A model generated the notes under the pieces. It was given only the letters and a program-made list of their open reading frames with translations. It was not told where the DNA came from and made no database searches. DNA of 64,000 bases from Candidatus Omnitrophota bacterium (GTDB taxonomy: Bacteria; Omnitrophota; Gorgyraeia; Pluralincolimonadales; Pluralincolimonadaceae). Position 1 is the stretch's first letter. The number at the start of each line of letters is the position of its first letter. The stretch covers positions 211,545 to 275,544 of the forward strand of contig JAQUPL010000001.1 in the NCBI GenBank assembly GCA_028716565.1, written 5' to 3'. The translations under genes and the position numbers were made by a program. Of this stretch, positions 21,277 through 33,723 are shown piece by piece.

Positions 21277-21564
21277 TTACTTGACTATCGCGAGGATGTC
21301 GTCCGCGTCGATTATGAGGTATTCCCTCTCATCGACCTTGACTTCGCTTCCGGAATATTTCCCGAAGATGACAATGTCGCCGGTTTTCACCTCCGGCGCA
21401 ACGACCTTGCCGTTCTCGAGCGTCTTGCCAGAACCGACCGCGATGACCTTCGCTTCCTGCGGCTTCTCTTTCGCCGTGTCAGGGAGGATTATCCCGCCCT
21501 TGGTCTTATCCTCGGCCTTAAGCACCTCGACGATCACTTTATCGCCTAACGGTTTCAAGTTCAT
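21277..21564 (-). CDS. groES: co-chaperonin GroES (second copy, downstream of groEL)
   Basis: 95 aa; [14 protein letters not shown]...[16 protein letters not shown]...[14 protein letters not shown].. is typical Cpn10 with an intact mobile loop. About 50% identical to the copy at 23282. Confidence 0.9.
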   Translation of the reverse strand: MNLKPLGDKVIVEVLKAEDKTKGGIILPDTAKEKPQEAKVIAVGSGKTLENGKVVAPEVKTGDIVIFGKYSGSEVKVDEREYLIIDADDILAIVK

Positions 21565-21597
21565 TCAAGTCCTCCTGATGGGTTTATCCTAACAGAT

Positions 21598-21626
21598 AGA
21601 CCTTCCTGATCCTTATAAGGAAAGGT

Positions 21627-21628
<2 letters not shown>
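21598..21628 (-). other. stem-loop (9-10 bp stem, 12-nt loop) overlapping the groEL stop codon, between groEL and the second groES
   Basis: AGACCTTCC (21598-21606) pairs with GGAAAGGTCT (21619-21628). No U tract follows, so it is not a canonical terminator. The 62-bp gap also has a GGAGG SD for the downstream groES. Confidence 0.45.
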
Positions 21629-23264
<1,636 letters not shown>

Positions 23265-23281
23265 CTACCGCCTCCCTTTTG

Positions 23282-23569
23282 TTATTTGACTATCGCCAAA
23301 ACTTCCGATTCCCTTAATATTAGAAGGTCTTCCCCTTTGTAGTTGATCTCGGTGCCGCCGTAACGGCCGTAAAGGACCGTATCTCCGGCTTTCACTTCCA
23401 GTTCTTTTATCTTTCCGTCATCCAGGAGCTTTCCTTTACCAACGGATACTACTTTGCCCTTGGACGGTTTCTCCTGCGCCGTGTCAGGCAGGATTATGCC
23501 GCTTTTTGTCTTACTTTCGCTCTCCGTGGGCTTGACCAAAATCCTGTCACCTAACGGTTGAACCGCCAT
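23282..23569 (-). CDS. groES: co-chaperonin GroES (first copy, upstream of groEL)
   Basis: 95 aa; [49 protein letters not shown] and a promoter lie upstream. Confidence 0.93.
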   Translation of the reverse strand: MAVQPLGDRILVKPTESESKTKSGIILPDTAQEKPSKGKVVSVGKGKLLDDGKIKELEVKAGDTVLYGRYGGTEINYKGEDLLILRESEVLAIVK

Positions 23570-23635
23570 TTAACACCTCCTTAAAGATTGTTTTGGCTTA
23601 AATTTAGCTAGATTTACCTAGGAATTAAGCGGAAA

Positions 23636-23662
23636 TTAGCACTCCATATTGGCGAGTGCCAA
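23636..23662 (-). promoter_or_regulatory. CIRCE element (HrcA operator) in the groES-groEL leader
   Basis: TTAGCACTC-CATATTGGC-GAGTGCCAA matches the CIRCE consensus TTAGCACTC-N9-GAGTGCTAA at 17 of 18 positions. Confidence 0.85.
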
Positions 23663-23673
23663 CTTTGTCATAT

Positions 23674-23701
23674 ATTATAGATTTTCTAGGGAATTTGTCA
23701 A
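23674..23701 (-). promoter_or_regulatory. sigma-70 promoter of the groES-groEL operon (-35 TTGACA, 16-nt spacer, -10 TATAAT)
   Basis: Minus-strand TTGACA at 23701..23696 and TATAAT at 23679..23674; CIRCE lies immediately downstream in the leader. Confidence 0.7.
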
Positions 23702-23719
23702 GAAAAAAATTATTTATCC

Positions 23720-23814
23720 CTGAAATTTAAGTCTCGCTTGGCCTTATTTATTACTAGCCTCAACCATTAGCAACTGCGTCATAAACCGGCTCTGCGCGAG
23801 ACATTAAATTCCAG
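23720..23814. repeat. 95-bp palindromic intergenic repeat (MITE/ERIC-like), copy 3 of 3; overlaps the 3' end of coaX
   Basis: Near-identical to copy 2 (2-3 mismatches). Begins 19 bp upstream of the groES -35. Its distal 36 bp encode the last 12 codons and the stop of coaX. Confidence 0.9.
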
Positions 23815-24555
23815 GTTATATATCATATTTAATCCAAGCAAGGTAAGATTTGGATTTATCTTGTCAATTTCCGTAGAGTATTTTGCCATAAGAGCGGCGT
23901 GTCCGCCGGTGGCGATGACCTTCATAGGGCTGCCCCGCCCCGGAGCGATATGTTCATATTTTGCCTTTAGTTTCGCGATAACTCCGTCACAGAGGGCGCC
24001 GGTGCCGTGAAATACTCCGCTTTTCATGCTGTCGGCTGTGTCGCGGCCGATCAGGCCTTTTGGCGGCGTGAATTTTATCTTAGGAAGGAGCGCAGCTTTC
24101 TGCGAGAGGGCGTTAAGGGAAGTTTCGATCCCGGGGAATATCAGGCCGCCGAGGTACTCCCCTTTCTTTGAGATGACATCAAAAGTGATAGCCGTACCAA
24201 AATCGATGACTATAGCGGGACAACCATAGAGCTCTTTTACGGCCACCGCGTCAACGAGCCTATCCTGCCCAACCTGACCCGGTTTGCGGTAAAGGTTCTT
24301 TATAGGCGCCTTGATGTTCTCTCCCAGGACTAGCGGGCGGATCTTATATTTTTTCTCTATTGCTTTCTTGATAATAGGGGTTGCTTTGGGCACGACGCTC
24401 GATAATATCGCCGTCTTGATACCCTTCGGAAGTTTTATCGTTTTTTTGGATAAGACGCCCTGCGTAGGGATCTTCCAGGATGACCTGAGCCTCTTCCTCC
24501 GGAATACCCCGAATGCGACGGATGTATTTCCTATGTCGATAGCTAATAGCATCAT
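23779..24555 (-). CDS. coaX: type III pantothenate kinase
   Basis: 258 aa; [19 protein letters not shown]-terminus (ASKHA fold), GGLIFPG, and a C-terminal ...LGLNMIYN region. The final LEFNVSRRAGL* tail is encoded by the repeat element. Confidence 0.9.
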   Translation of the reverse strand: MMLLAIDIGNTSVAFGVFRRKRLRSSWKIPTQGVLSKKTIKLPKGIKTAILSSVVPKATPIIKKAIEKKYKIRPLVLGENIKAPIKNLYRKPGQVGQDRLVDAVAVKELYGCPAIVIDFGTAITFDVISKKGEYLGGLIFPGIETSLNALSQKAALLPKIKFTPPKGLIGRDTADSMKSGVFHGTGALCDGVIAKLKAKYEHIAPGRGSPMKVIATGGHAALMAKYSTEIDKINPNLTLLGLNMIYNLEFNVSRRAGL

Positions 24556-25511
24556 CTCACCATCAGCACATCACCGGCGGTGATGTGCTCCGTGAACCCG
24601 TTGTCCATGCGCACGACTAGCGCTCCTCCCGCGTCAAGGTCTACGGCTGTGCCTTCTATCTTCCTGTCCTGGCAGACGATCTTTACCTCTTCGCCGAGGG
24701 TGTGCGAGAGGTCTTTCCACTCCTCTATTATTCTTTTAAAACCCTTTTCCCTGAAAATAAGATATTGCCTCTCGAATTCCCTTAAGACTTCACGCGTAAG
24801 TTCCACGCGCGAAAAATTCCTGCCTGCTTCCGCTTTCAGCGAAGTGGCTTCCCCGGGAAGGTGGTCTTTGTCGGTATTCACATTTATGCCGATGCCGAGG
24901 ACTATATAGTTGACAGTGTTGACCTCGGCGCTCATCTCCGTGAGTATCCCGCAGGCCTTGCGGTCGTTTATCATTATATCATTCGGCCATTTGATCAGGG
25001 CCCCGAGGTGTGTCACTTTCCTTATGGCGAGCGCGACGGCGACCGCAGACATAAGGGTTATTTTCGGCGCTTCCGCCGGCGCGACATCCGGCCTCAGGAT
25101 AGGCGAAAAATATATGCCCTTCCCTTTCGGCGAAACCCAATGCCGTCCCATCCTGCCGCGGCCCTTCGTCTGGCTTTCGCTGAAGACCACCGTCCCGTCA
25201 GGCGATCCGGATAGGGCGAGCTTATGCGCCACATCCATCGTCGAATCGGTCGTCTCGTAGGAGTATATCTTCTTGCCGATTATCTTTGTCCCGAGGCCGT
25301 GGGATATCTCTTCCGGGATGAGTTTATCCGGGGTGCCTGTAAGGCGATATCCCACATGCGGCTCGCCCGTTATCTCATACCCCTCTTTGCGCAGCTGTTC
25401 GATGTGCTTCCATACCGCGGCGCGCGTGATCTTCAGTTTTTCACTTATCTCTTCGCCGGAGATGAACTCGCCGTTCGAGGAGCGGAAGATATTTAAAATT
25501 TTATCATCCAT
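24552..25511 (-). CDS. birA: bifunctional biotin--[acetyl-CoA-carboxylase] ligase / biotin operon repressor
   Basis: 319 aa; N-terminal wHTH ([31 protein letters not shown]), BPL catalytic domain (GRGRMGRHW), and a C-terminal SH3-like domain. Overlaps coaX by 4 bp. Confidence 0.92.
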   Translation of the reverse strand: MDDKILNIFRSSNGEFISGEEISEKLKITRAAVWKHIEQLRKEGYEITGEPHVGYRLTGTPDKLIPEEISHGLGTKIIGKKIYSYETTDSTMDVAHKLALSGSPDGTVVFSESQTKGRGRMGRHWVSPKGKGIYFSPILRPDVAPAEAPKITLMSAVAVALAIRKVTHLGALIKWPNDIMINDRKACGILTEMSAEVNTVNYIVLGIGINVNTDKDHLPGEATSLKAEAGRNFSRVELTREVLREFERQYLIFREKGFKRIIEEWKDLSHTLGEEVKIVCQDRKIEGTAVDLDAGGALVVRMDNGFTEHITAGDVLMVR

Positions 25512-27477
25512 TCAATCTCTTCCTTAATTCCGCGATCTTATCGCGGATGACTGCGGCTTTTTCGAATTGCAGGTTGCGCGCGGCGAGGTCCATCTCGTAT
25601 TCTAGTTCCTCTATGATCTTTTCTGTCTCATACCCGCCGGCCTTGACGCCTACCGCCTCCATCTCGACCTCTTCGGCTTCCTGGAGCATCTCGATACCTT
25701 CACGGATAGCTTTTTGTATCGACTTCGGCGTGATATTATTCTCCTTATTATACTCCAATTGCAGTGCGCGTCTACGGTTTGTTTCACCGATCGCGCGCTT
25801 TAGCGAACCGGTGATGTTATCGGCATACATTATTACCCGGCCGTTTATATGGCGCGCTGCGCGTCCTGAAAGCTGGATAAGCGACGTCTCGGACCGCAGA
25901 AACCCCTCTTTATCCGCGTCCAGTATCGCCACAAGCGTGACCTCGGGAAGGTCCAGCCCTTCCCTCAACAGGTTGACGCCGACAAGGCAGTCGAACTTGC
26001 CCTGGCGCAGTTCCTTAAGTATTTTTACCCTCTCTATCGCGTCGATATCCGAGTGGATATATTTTACGCGCAGGTCGAGGTCCTCCAGGTATGCCGATAG
26101 GTCCTCTGCCATGCGTTTGGTGAGCGTCGTGACGAGGACGCGCTCTTTCTTCTTCGCGCGCTCGCGGACTTGGACGATGATGTCGTCGACCTGGCCTTCG
26201 GTCGGCTTTATTATTATCTCCGGGTCGACAAGCCCTGTCGGCCGTATCAGCTGCTCGACGACTTTCGCGCCGGATTTCAGTATCTCGTATTCGGACGGCG
26301 TTGCTGAGGCAAATATCGCCTCTTTCATCAGCGTCTCGAACTCATCGAAACGCAGAGGCCTGTTGTCGAGGCACGACGGCAGGCGGAAACCGAATTCGAC
26401 GAGGGTCTTTTTGCGCGAGCGGTCGCCCTCATACATCCCCCTCACCTGCGGGATGGTCACGTGCGACTCGTCTATTATCAACAAAAAATCCTTCCGGAAA
26501 TAATCTATGAGGCAGTACGGACGCGCGCCTGCCGGCCTGCCGCCCAGGTGGCGGGAATAATTCTCCACGCCGTGGCAATAGCCTATCTCCTGCAGCATCT
26601 CCATATCGTATTTCGTGCGGCTCTCGAGGCGCTGTGCCTCAAGGAGCTTTCCTTTGGCGCAGAAATATTCCAGCTGCACGGCGAGTTCCTCTTTTATCAT
26701 TTTTATCGCTTCTTCTATCTTCGGCGGCGAGGTGAGGAAATGTTTCGCAGGATAGACAGCCGCGCGGTCGAGCTGGGATATTATCTTCTGCGAGACAGGG
26801 TCGAACTCGGTTATCTTCTCTATCTCGTCGCCGAACATCGATACCCTTATCGCCTTCTCGGAATACGCCGGGAATATCTCTACAGTGTCTCCGCGGACGC
26901 GGACCTTGCCGCGGATGAATTCGATATCGTTGCGCTCATATTGAATACTGAGCAGGCGCCGCAGGACCTCGTCTCGGTCTATCTTTTGGCCTTTATCGAG
27001 CACGACCATCATGTTCGAATAATCCTCCGGCGAACCGAGGTTGTAGATGCAGGATACGCTGGCGACAATGATCACATCGTCCCTGGACATAAGCGAAGAT
27101 GTCGCGGCAAGGCGCAACCGGTCGAGCCGGTCGTTTATTGAAGAGTCTTTTTCTATATAAGTGTCTGTCTGCGGGATATACGCTTCGGGCTGGTAATAAT
27201 CGTAATAACTGACGAAATATTCTACGGCGTTCTCCGGGAAAAACTCCTTGAATTCGCTGTAAAGCTGCGCCGCGAGGGTCTTATTGTGGGAGATGACGAG
27301 GACGGGTTTGCCGGTCTTTTCAATGACATTGGCCATTGTGAAGGTCTTGCCCGAGCCGGTAACGCCCAAGAGCGTCTGGTAGCGCTTTCCGCCCAGGAGC
27401 CCTTCGGACAACTCCTTTATCGCCTGGGGCTGGTCGCCCTCGGGCTTAAAAGATGATACGAGCTTGAACTTCGCCAT
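25504..27477 (-). CDS. uvrB: excinuclease ABC subunit B
   Basis: 657 aa; GVTGSGKTF Walker A, helicase motifs, and a C-terminal UVR domain ([17 protein letters not shown]). Confidence 0.96.
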   Translation of the reverse strand: MAKFKLVSSFKPEGDQPQAIKELSEGLLGGKRYQTLLGVTGSGKTFTMANVIEKTGKPVLVISHNKTLAAQLYSEFKEFFPENAVEYFVSYYDYYQPEAYIPQTDTYIEKDSSINDRLDRLRLAATSSLMSRDDVIIVASVSCIYNLGSPEDYSNMMVVLDKGQKIDRDEVLRRLLSIQYERNDIEFIRGKVRVRGDTVEIFPAYSEKAIRVSMFGDEIEKITEFDPVSQKIISQLDRAAVYPAKHFLTSPPKIEEAIKMIKEELAVQLEYFCAKGKLLEAQRLESRTKYDMEMLQEIGYCHGVENYSRHLGGRPAGARPYCLIDYFRKDFLLIIDESHVTIPQVRGMYEGDRSRKKTLVEFGFRLPSCLDNRPLRFDEFETLMKEAIFASATPSEYEILKSGAKVVEQLIRPTGLVDPEIIIKPTEGQVDDIIVQVRERAKKKERVLVTTLTKRMAEDLSAYLEDLDLRVKYIHSDIDAIERVKILKELRQGKFDCLVGVNLLREGLDLPEVTLVAILDADKEGFLRSETSLIQLSGRAARHINGRVIMYADNITGSLKRAIGETNRRRALQLEYNKENNITPKSIQKAIREGIEMLQEAEEVEMEAVGVKAGGYETEKIIEELEYEMDLAARNLQFEKAAVIRDKIAELRKRLNG

Positions 27478-27478
27478 G

Positions 27479-30232
27479 TCAGAACTTTACTTCAAGTTCC
27501 TTTGTGTCCGCGGGAACGCTGATCCTGTTCTTGCCGAGCGTCAGGATATACCCACCCGGAGGCGGCGTCGCGCAATCGGTAGACAGCTTGACAAAGCCCT
27601 TGGCTCGCGAGCTTTCTACTTTGAAAGATACCTTGCCAAAATACGTCGGGGCATCCTTTATCTCTATGACCTTGCCGTCATCGAGCCACGAGTCCGGGAT
27701 GCAGGACAAAAGCACCAGCTTATCGCCGTCCTCGCGAAAAAGCATGTCGCGCAGCAGTAAAATATAATGCGCGGCCGACCAGCCGTGCGGGACGTCGCCT
27801 ACTATCCCTTCGGTGATCTCCCTCAATCCTTTAGAGTTGACCTTGGTCGGCATCGCCTCCATCCATCCGCCGGGGCAGGATTGGTGCTCTATACCCCACT
27901 CGATGCTCTTAAGCGCGACGTCTTCCATTCCAATATATATAAGGGGATGCGCGAGCTTGAAATTATATCCCCAGAAGAGCTGCTCGTATTCAACGAACCA
28001 CCCGCCGTCATAGTCCGAGAACTTCCCGGCGTTCTTCCAATATTGCTCATATGAAGTCTTGAACAGCTCCGCAGGTACCGGGATGCCCATATTCTCTCCC
28101 GGGAATAATGCCGGCCTGTGCGCCCACGCCATCTGCGTATCGCCCAGTATGCGGTGATCCATGTCCTTTATGCGCATCTCTTTGGGCCAGTAATCGGCGA
28201 ACCCGGGCATGAACGACAGCCCGTTCTTCTTCATCGATTTTTCGATGCTCGCGATAGTGGCGGAATGGAGGCTTCCGTATTCGGCTTTCATCCATTTGGC
28301 GTCATCCGGTTTTCCGAGTATCTGCGCCGACTCGTAAGCCGCCTTAAGGCCTATCATCGCCCACCAGTCATCTACGTAAAGGTAGGCAGGTATCTTGAAA
28401 TTGTCCTGGCTCACCCCCTTAGGAAGGAGCCCGTAAGCCACGTCTTCCTTCGGCAGTGACATCTGCGGGGCCCGGACCTTCCTTATGAGTTCGCACGCCG
28501 ACTTCATCCTGGGATATGCGGCCTCCAGGTATTTAACGTCCTTTGTCAGCCGGTAATGCTCGTAAGGCGCGAAGATGCTGCCGCCGAGCTCGTCTACGTA
28601 GCCGCCGCCTTCCTTGTAATTGAAGTGTTCGGTTGAGGCGCGCGCCTCTTCGGTAAGCCCTGCCTTGTCGAGCGCGTTGTCCATATCTATCGCGTCATGC
28701 ATGAAGAACGATGTATATTCATACGGGCCCGGGAAAAGTTTATGTTCCTCGTCCATTATCAGGATGTAATAGAGAGATGAATAAAAACAATCACTGTAGC
28801 GCTTATCCGGGATATTCATTACGAGCGGGATGCGGCCTTTCCAGTATTTGAACGTCAGCGCGAGCGCTTCGTCGAAACCTTTATCCTTGATGTCGTTAAA
28901 TGACAACTCCGCTCCTGTGCCTGATGGTACGATAAAATCAAGGGATTCTGTAGTACCGGCAGGTATCTTTTTCCTGTAAGATAGCGAATCCCTCAGGTCT
29001 TTGCCTAGAGGGCCTTCCGCCCTTTCGTCAAGGAAGAGCCGCGGCGCGCCGTTTATCTTTACGGTATGGTCGGCGTCGTATTCGATCGTCTTCATATCCG
29101 TAACTTTCCATTTAGGGTAAAGCGGGTTCGGCCGGATGACTGCCATTATCAACACTTCTTTATCCCGGGCGCTTGTATTTTTGACAGATTCCCTGGCAAA
29201 GGTCAGGACTTTGCCTGCTTTTTCATCGAACCAGGAGAATATCTTCGTCTCGCCTTCGATACCGTTGCCTTTCCACGATACCACCGTCACAGGATACCCG
29301 CCGTCGACCAATTTCCAATCGGTATGGAGCGTTTCCGGGGTATAGAGCCGGTCGTCATCGTTTACCCAGAAACTGACCCTGAACGGGTAAGGATAGACGG
29401 CAAAAGAACCGTCCTTTCCGATGAAAGTCTTGAATTTGGAACCCTCCCACCCGGCGAGGCCGCGGGCCTTGTTCAGGCCTTTGTGTTTGGCGATATCGTC
29501 CCAGTCCTTGAATTCGATCTTCTTCATCACGCTTTCCTTCCCTTTGTTGTCTTCACAGTTGATCTTTATGTGGCGTTTCCCGAATATGTTAGCATATATC
29601 CTGTCCTGTCCGCCAGTGCAAACCTCTTTATTATAGACGGTCTTCCGGCGGTTATCCTCTTCGATCTCCACGCGGTACGATCTTGGGAAGTCCTCCCCCC
29701 ATGTTATAAATAAAGCGCCGATATTCCTGTCCTTCTTGAGCTCTATCGAGATCGTAGTCCTGCCGTTATCGCTCGAGGTCTTTATCGGTATCTCGTCATC
29801 GAGCCCTTTGATCCTGATCTCCCAGATCGAATATCCCCACGCCGTGCCGCGCTCCTTTAAGTCCAGTTTTATGAATCGCGCCTTCTTCCTCCCGAAATAT
29901 ACGTCGTCGACTACCCCTTCGCCTTCGGACGTGGAATAGGCGTTCTCCCAATTTTTCCCGTCCTCTGATATGAGTACGTCGTAGGATCTCGCGTAAGCGG
30001 CCTCCCAGTTTATGATCAGGCCGACCAGGTCCTCGGTCCTCCCGAGGTCTATCTGGAGCCATTGCCTGTCGGAGAACCCGCTCGACCATCTCGACTGCAG
30101 GTTATTGTCGAACGCGTAAGAGGGCCCGGTGGAATCGTTTTCGGATGATGACGCATTCACCGTTGCGGCGTTTGAAAGATGGGCTATCGCCAAAAATATG
30201 CAAAGGATCATTGCGGTCTTTATCTTTTTCAT
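27479..30232 (-). CDS. secreted protein with two N-terminal F5/8 type C (discoidin) domains and a large C-terminal domain, possibly a carbohydrate-active enzyme
   Basis: 917 aa with a signal peptide ([22 protein letters not shown]). Two discoidin-like modules (..QWLQIDLG...[25 protein letters not shown].. and ..[24 protein letters not shown]..) precede ~600 aa of unassigned, possibly (alpha/alpha)6-like, sequence. Confidence 0.55.
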   Translation of the reverse strand: MKKIKTAMILCIFLAIAHLSNAATVNASSSENDSTGPSYAFDNNLQSRWSSGFSDRQWLQIDLGRTEDLVGLIINWEAAYARSYDVLISEDGKNWENAYSTSEGEGVVDDVYFGRKKARFIKLDLKERGTAWGYSIWEIRIKGLDDEIPIKTSSDNGRTTISIELKKDRNIGALFITWGEDFPRSYRVEIEEDNRRKTVYNKEVCTGGQDRIYANIFGKRHIKINCEDNKGKESVMKKIEFKDWDDIAKHKGLNKARGLAGWEGSKFKTFIGKDGSFAVYPYPFRVSFWVNDDDRLYTPETLHTDWKLVDGGYPVTVVSWKGNGIEGETKIFSWFDEKAGKVLTFARESVKNTSARDKEVLIMAVIRPNPLYPKWKVTDMKTIEYDADHTVKINGAPRLFLDERAEGPLGKDLRDSLSYRKKIPAGTTESLDFIVPSGTGAELSFNDIKDKGFDEALALTFKYWKGRIPLVMNIPDKRYSDCFYSSLYYILIMDEEHKLFPGPYEYTSFFMHDAIDMDNALDKAGLTEEARASTEHFNYKEGGGYVDELGGSIFAPYEHYRLTKDVKYLEAAYPRMKSACELIRKVRAPQMSLPKEDVAYGLLPKGVSQDNFKIPAYLYVDDWWAMIGLKAAYESAQILGKPDDAKWMKAEYGSLHSATIASIEKSMKKNGLSFMPGFADYWPKEMRIKDMDHRILGDTQMAWAHRPALFPGENMGIPVPAELFKTSYEQYWKNAGKFSDYDGGWFVEYEQLFWGYNFKLAHPLIYIGMEDVALKSIEWGIEHQSCPGGWMEAMPTKVNSKGLREITEGIVGDVPHGWSAAHYILLLRDMLFREDGDKLVLLSCIPDSWLDDGKVIEIKDAPTYFGKVSFKVESSRAKGFVKLSTDCATPPPGGYILTLGKNRISVPADTKELEVKF

Positions 30233-31056
30233 TGCACGATCTCCAGGGAGAAGTCTATCGCCTTTACTGAATGTGTCAGCGCGCCGATAGATATCATCTC
30301 TACGCCGGTTGAAGCGATCTTTTTTACGTTCTTGAGGTTAACGCCGCCCGAGACTTCCAGCCTCAGCCCGTGACGGTATTTGTCGCGCAAAGCTACGGCG
30401 GACTTGATCTCTTTCAAATCCATATTATCCAGCATTATTATGTCGGGGTTGATCTTAAGGGCTTCGTTAAATTGCTTAAGGTCCTGGACCTCTATCTCGG
30501 CCTTTATCTTTTTCCTCTGGCAGGACCTGACGGCTCGAGAGACGGCGTCCCAGTTGTAACCGGCCGCGGCAAGATGGTTATCCTTGATCAATACCTGGTC
30601 GTGGAGGCCTATGCGATGATTGGTGCCGCCGCCGGTCTTGACCGCGTATTTCTCGAGTATGCGCAGTCCCGGCGTGGTTTTGCGGGTGTCCATTATCTTT
30701 GTTCTATAAGGTCTTACCGCTTCAACGAATTCGGCCGTCAAAGTAGATATTCCCGACAGGCGGCTTAGGAAGTTTAAGGCCGTCCTTTCGGCGCTGAGTA
30801 TTGCTTTCGCATCCCCCTCTATATATGCGATCTGCTGTTCCGGCCGTATCGGTTCGCCGTCCATCGCGAGCGGCATGAATTTTATCCCGGAGTTGCGCAT
30901 GACGAATACCGCCATAGCTATCGTGATGCCGCAGAGCACGCCTTCTTCGCCGGATATTATTGCCGCCTGCGCCGTCTTCGGCTTTTGGAAGAGTGCCGCG
31001 GACGTTATGTCCCTGTCTGCGGCGTCCTCATCGAGTGAGCGGCGTATCATCTCCAA
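30229..31056 (-). CDS. nadC: nicotinate-nucleotide diphosphorylase (carboxylating), quinolinate phosphoribosyltransferase
   Basis: 275 aa; TALNFLSRLSGI, DTRKTTPGLR, IGLHDQVLIKDNH and a C-terminal TIM barrel. Confidence 0.93.
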   Translation of the reverse strand: MEMIRRSLDEDAADRDITSAALFQKPKTAQAAIISGEEGVLCGITIAMAVFVMRNSGIKFMPLAMDGEPIRPEQQIAYIEGDAKAILSAERTALNFLSRLSGISTLTAEFVEAVRPYRTKIMDTRKTTPGLRILEKYAVKTGGGTNHRIGLHDQVLIKDNHLAAAGYNWDAVSRAVRSCQRKKIKAEIEVQDLKQFNEALKINPDIIMLDNMDLKEIKSAVALRDKYRHGLRLEVSGGVNLKNVKKIASTGVEMISIGALTHSVKAIDFSLEIVQ

Positions 31057-31070
31057 GATATCCTTGTCGG

Positions 31071-33722
31071 CTAGCTCTCTAATCGTTTTAAGTTCTCCCT
31101 TAATTTTCCCAAAGATACTTTCGCCTCGGAGAGCTTCTCCTTCTCCTTGTCGATGATATCTTTCGGCGCCCGTTCAACGAAGTTCTTGTTATTCAGTTTC
31201 GATTCTATGGATTTAACATATTTTTCAAGTTCTCCGGCCTTCGACATCATCTTCTTCTTTTCCGCCTCGATGTCCACAAGCCCCTCGAGCGGCACGCATA
31301 TCTCGCAATCGCCGAATACGGCTACCGAGGAGGCCTTCGGCCGTTTCAGTTTTTCAGTGACCTCAAGCGATTCGAGCCTTCCCAGGTTCTTTATATAATC
31401 GAGCGACTTGTCGATAGCGGCGCGGCTCTTCGCGCTCCCGGCCGCGACTATCGCTTTGCAGCTCTTCTGCGGCGGGATGTTCACCTCGGCGCGGATATTC
31501 CTGATGACGGTTATTATGCCTATCGCGAGGTCCATCTCCTCTTCGGCTTTTTTATCTATAAGGTCCTTCTGTAGGTGCGGCCACGGTTGGACCATTATCG
31601 AGTCCCTCTTGTGCGGCAGGATGCTCCATATCTCTTCCGTAAGGAACGGCATTATGGGATGCAGCAGCCTTAGGCTTTTCTCCAGCACCTTATATAAGAT
31701 CACCTGCGTATTTTTTTCCTTTATGCGGCTCTTGGCTATCTCCAGGTACCAGTCGCAATATTTATGCCAGATGAAGTCGTAGAGCAGGTTTGCCGCCTCG
31801 CTGAACCTGTACGATCCGAGCGCCTTTTCCAGGCCCTCGAGCGTCGAATAGAGGTTGCTGAGTATCCACCTGTCGGCGAGAGTCAGGTCCGCGTTCTTGT
31901 ATAAGACGCAAAGGTCAGTGTCGACGTCTTCCGAGAGGTTGGCCATAACGAACCTCGACGCGTTCCAGATCTTATTCGCAAAATTCCTGCCGACCTGGAA
32001 TTTTTCTTTCGACAGGAATACGTCCTGGCCCACTGCGGTGATCGAGATTATGCTGAACCTCAGCGCATCGGTGCCGAACTCGTCTATTATTTCGATAGGG
32101 TCGATGATGTTTCCCAGGGATTTGGACATCTTCGCGCCGGTCTCGTCGCGCACCGTGCCGTGGATGTAAATATCCCGGAACGGCGCATCGCCCATGAACT
32201 CATATCCTGCCATTATCATGCGCGCGACCCAAAAGAATATTATCTCCTGCGCCGTTACCAAAGTCGATGTCGGATAGAAATACGCGAGGTCCTTTGTCTT
32301 CTCCGGCCAGCCGAACGTCGAGAACGGCCAGAGCCACGAGGAGAACCAGGTATCGAGGACATCTTCGTCCTGTACGATATCCGTCCCGCCGCAATCCGGG
32401 CATTTCTGAGGTTTTGAGCGCGCTACTATTATTCCCTTCTTTCCCTCGCTCGCTTTTTGGCACTTTCCGCAATAATAGACAGGTATCCTGTGGCCCCACC
32501 ATATTTGCCTCGAGATGCACCAGTCGCGGATGTTCTCCATCCAATCGAGATATACCTTGCTCCAGCGCTCCGGATAGAATTTTATCTTGCCGCTTTTGGC
32601 CGCCTCTATGCCCGGCTTAGCCAAGGGTTTCATCTTCACGAACCACTGTAATGAGAGGTAGGGCTCTACAACGGTGTGGCACCTGTAGCAGTGTCCGACC
32701 GAATGCGCGTGCTGGTCGATCTTCTCGAGAAGGTTCATCTCTTTCAAGTCTTCGATTATCGCCTCGCGCGCCTCGAACCTGTCCATCCCCGCGTAATCCC
32801 CGGTGTTCTTGCTCATGCTGCCGTCAGGGTCCATCACGACTATAGGTTCAAGGCTGTGCCGCCTGCCCATGTCAAAGTCATTGGGGTCGTGGGCAGGGGT
32901 CACTTTGACCGCGCCGGTGCCGAATTCCGGGTCAACGATATCGTCGGCGAAGACCTTTATCTCCCTGTTAATAAGAGGGAGTATCAGTGTCTCGCCCACC
33001 AGGTTCTTATACCTTTCGTCCTTCGGATTTACCGCGACCGCGACATCGCCCAGCATCGTCTCAGGGCGCGTCGTAGCGACGGTGACGTACCTCTTCTCGC
33101 CTTTTACCGGATATTTTATGTAATAGAGCAGGCCGTTGAGGTCTTTGTGCTGGGCCTCCTCATCGCTTAACGCGGTCTGGCACCTGGGGCACCAGTTGAT
33201 GATGTAATTTCCGCGGTAGATAAGCCCCTTTTCGTAAAGGCGTATGAATACTTCATTGACCGCGCTTGAAAGGCCTTCGTCCATCGTGAAACGCGTGCGG
33301 TCCCAGTCGCACGAACAGCCGAGCCGCTTCAACTGCGAGATTATGGTGGTGCCGTACTGCTCGCGCCACTGCCAGACGCGCTCTATGAACTTTTCGCGGC
33401 CGAGGTCCTGCCTCTTCTTCCCTTCTTTCGCGAGCATCTTCTCGACGACGTTCTGTGTCGCGATGCCGGCGTGGTCTGTCCCGGGAAGCCACTCGGCGTT
33501 CCAGCCCTGCATCCTGCGCCACCTTATGATGATATCCTGGATAGTGTCGTTGAGGGCGTGGCCCATATGGAGGATGCCGGTAATATTAGGCGGCGGGATG
33601 ACTATCGTGTAGGGCTTGCGTTCCGAGTCGGGTTCGGCATGGAAGAGTTTCTTCGACTCCCAAAGCTTGTACCACTTGTCTTCCGTCACCTTCGGGTTGT
33701 ATGCAGAAGGTATCTCTGGCAT
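31071..33722 (-). CDS. valS: valine--tRNA ligase
   Basis: 883 aa; HMGHALN (HIGH) and KMSKS motifs, plus a C-terminal coiled-coil. Confidence 0.96.
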   Translation of the reverse strand: MPEIPSAYNPKVTEDKWYKLWESKKLFHAEPDSERKPYTIVIPPPNITGILHMGHALNDTIQDIIIRWRRMQGWNAEWLPGTDHAGIATQNVVEKMLAKEGKKRQDLGREKFIERVWQWREQYGTTIISQLKRLGCSCDWDRTRFTMDEGLSSAVNEVFIRLYEKGLIYRGNYIINWCPRCQTALSDEEAQHKDLNGLLYYIKYPVKGEKRYVTVATTRPETMLGDVAVAVNPKDERYKNLVGETLILPLINREIKVFADDIVDPEFGTGAVKVTPAHDPNDFDMGRRHSLEPIVVMDPDGSMSKNTGDYAGMDRFEAREAIIEDLKEMNLLEKIDQHAHSVGHCYRCHTVVEPYLSLQWFVKMKPLAKPGIEAAKSGKIKFYPERWSKVYLDWMENIRDWCISRQIWWGHRIPVYYCGKCQKASEGKKGIIVARSKPQKCPDCGGTDIVQDEDVLDTWFSSWLWPFSTFGWPEKTKDLAYFYPTSTLVTAQEIIFFWVARMIMAGYEFMGDAPFRDIYIHGTVRDETGAKMSKSLGNIIDPIEIIDEFGTDALRFSIISITAVGQDVFLSKEKFQVGRNFANKIWNASRFVMANLSEDVDTDLCVLYKNADLTLADRWILSNLYSTLEGLEKALGSYRFSEAANLLYDFIWHKYCDWYLEIAKSRIKEKNTQVILYKVLEKSLRLLHPIMPFLTEEIWSILPHKRDSIMVQPWPHLQKDLIDKKAEEEMDLAIGIITVIRNIRAEVNIPPQKSCKAIVAAGSAKSRAAIDKSLDYIKNLGRLESLEVTEKLKRPKASSVAVFGDCEICVPLEGLVDIEAEKKKMMSKAGELEKYVKSIESKLNNKNFVERAPKDIIDKEKEKLSEAKVSLGKLRENLKRLES

Positions 33723-33723
33723 A

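Noticed and set aside
21565-21626. Independent promoter or terminator between groEL and the second groES
   Set aside because: No -35/-10 match and no U tract after the stem-loop. More likely a processing/stability hairpin within a polycistronic transcript, so it is listed only as a low-confidence structural feature.
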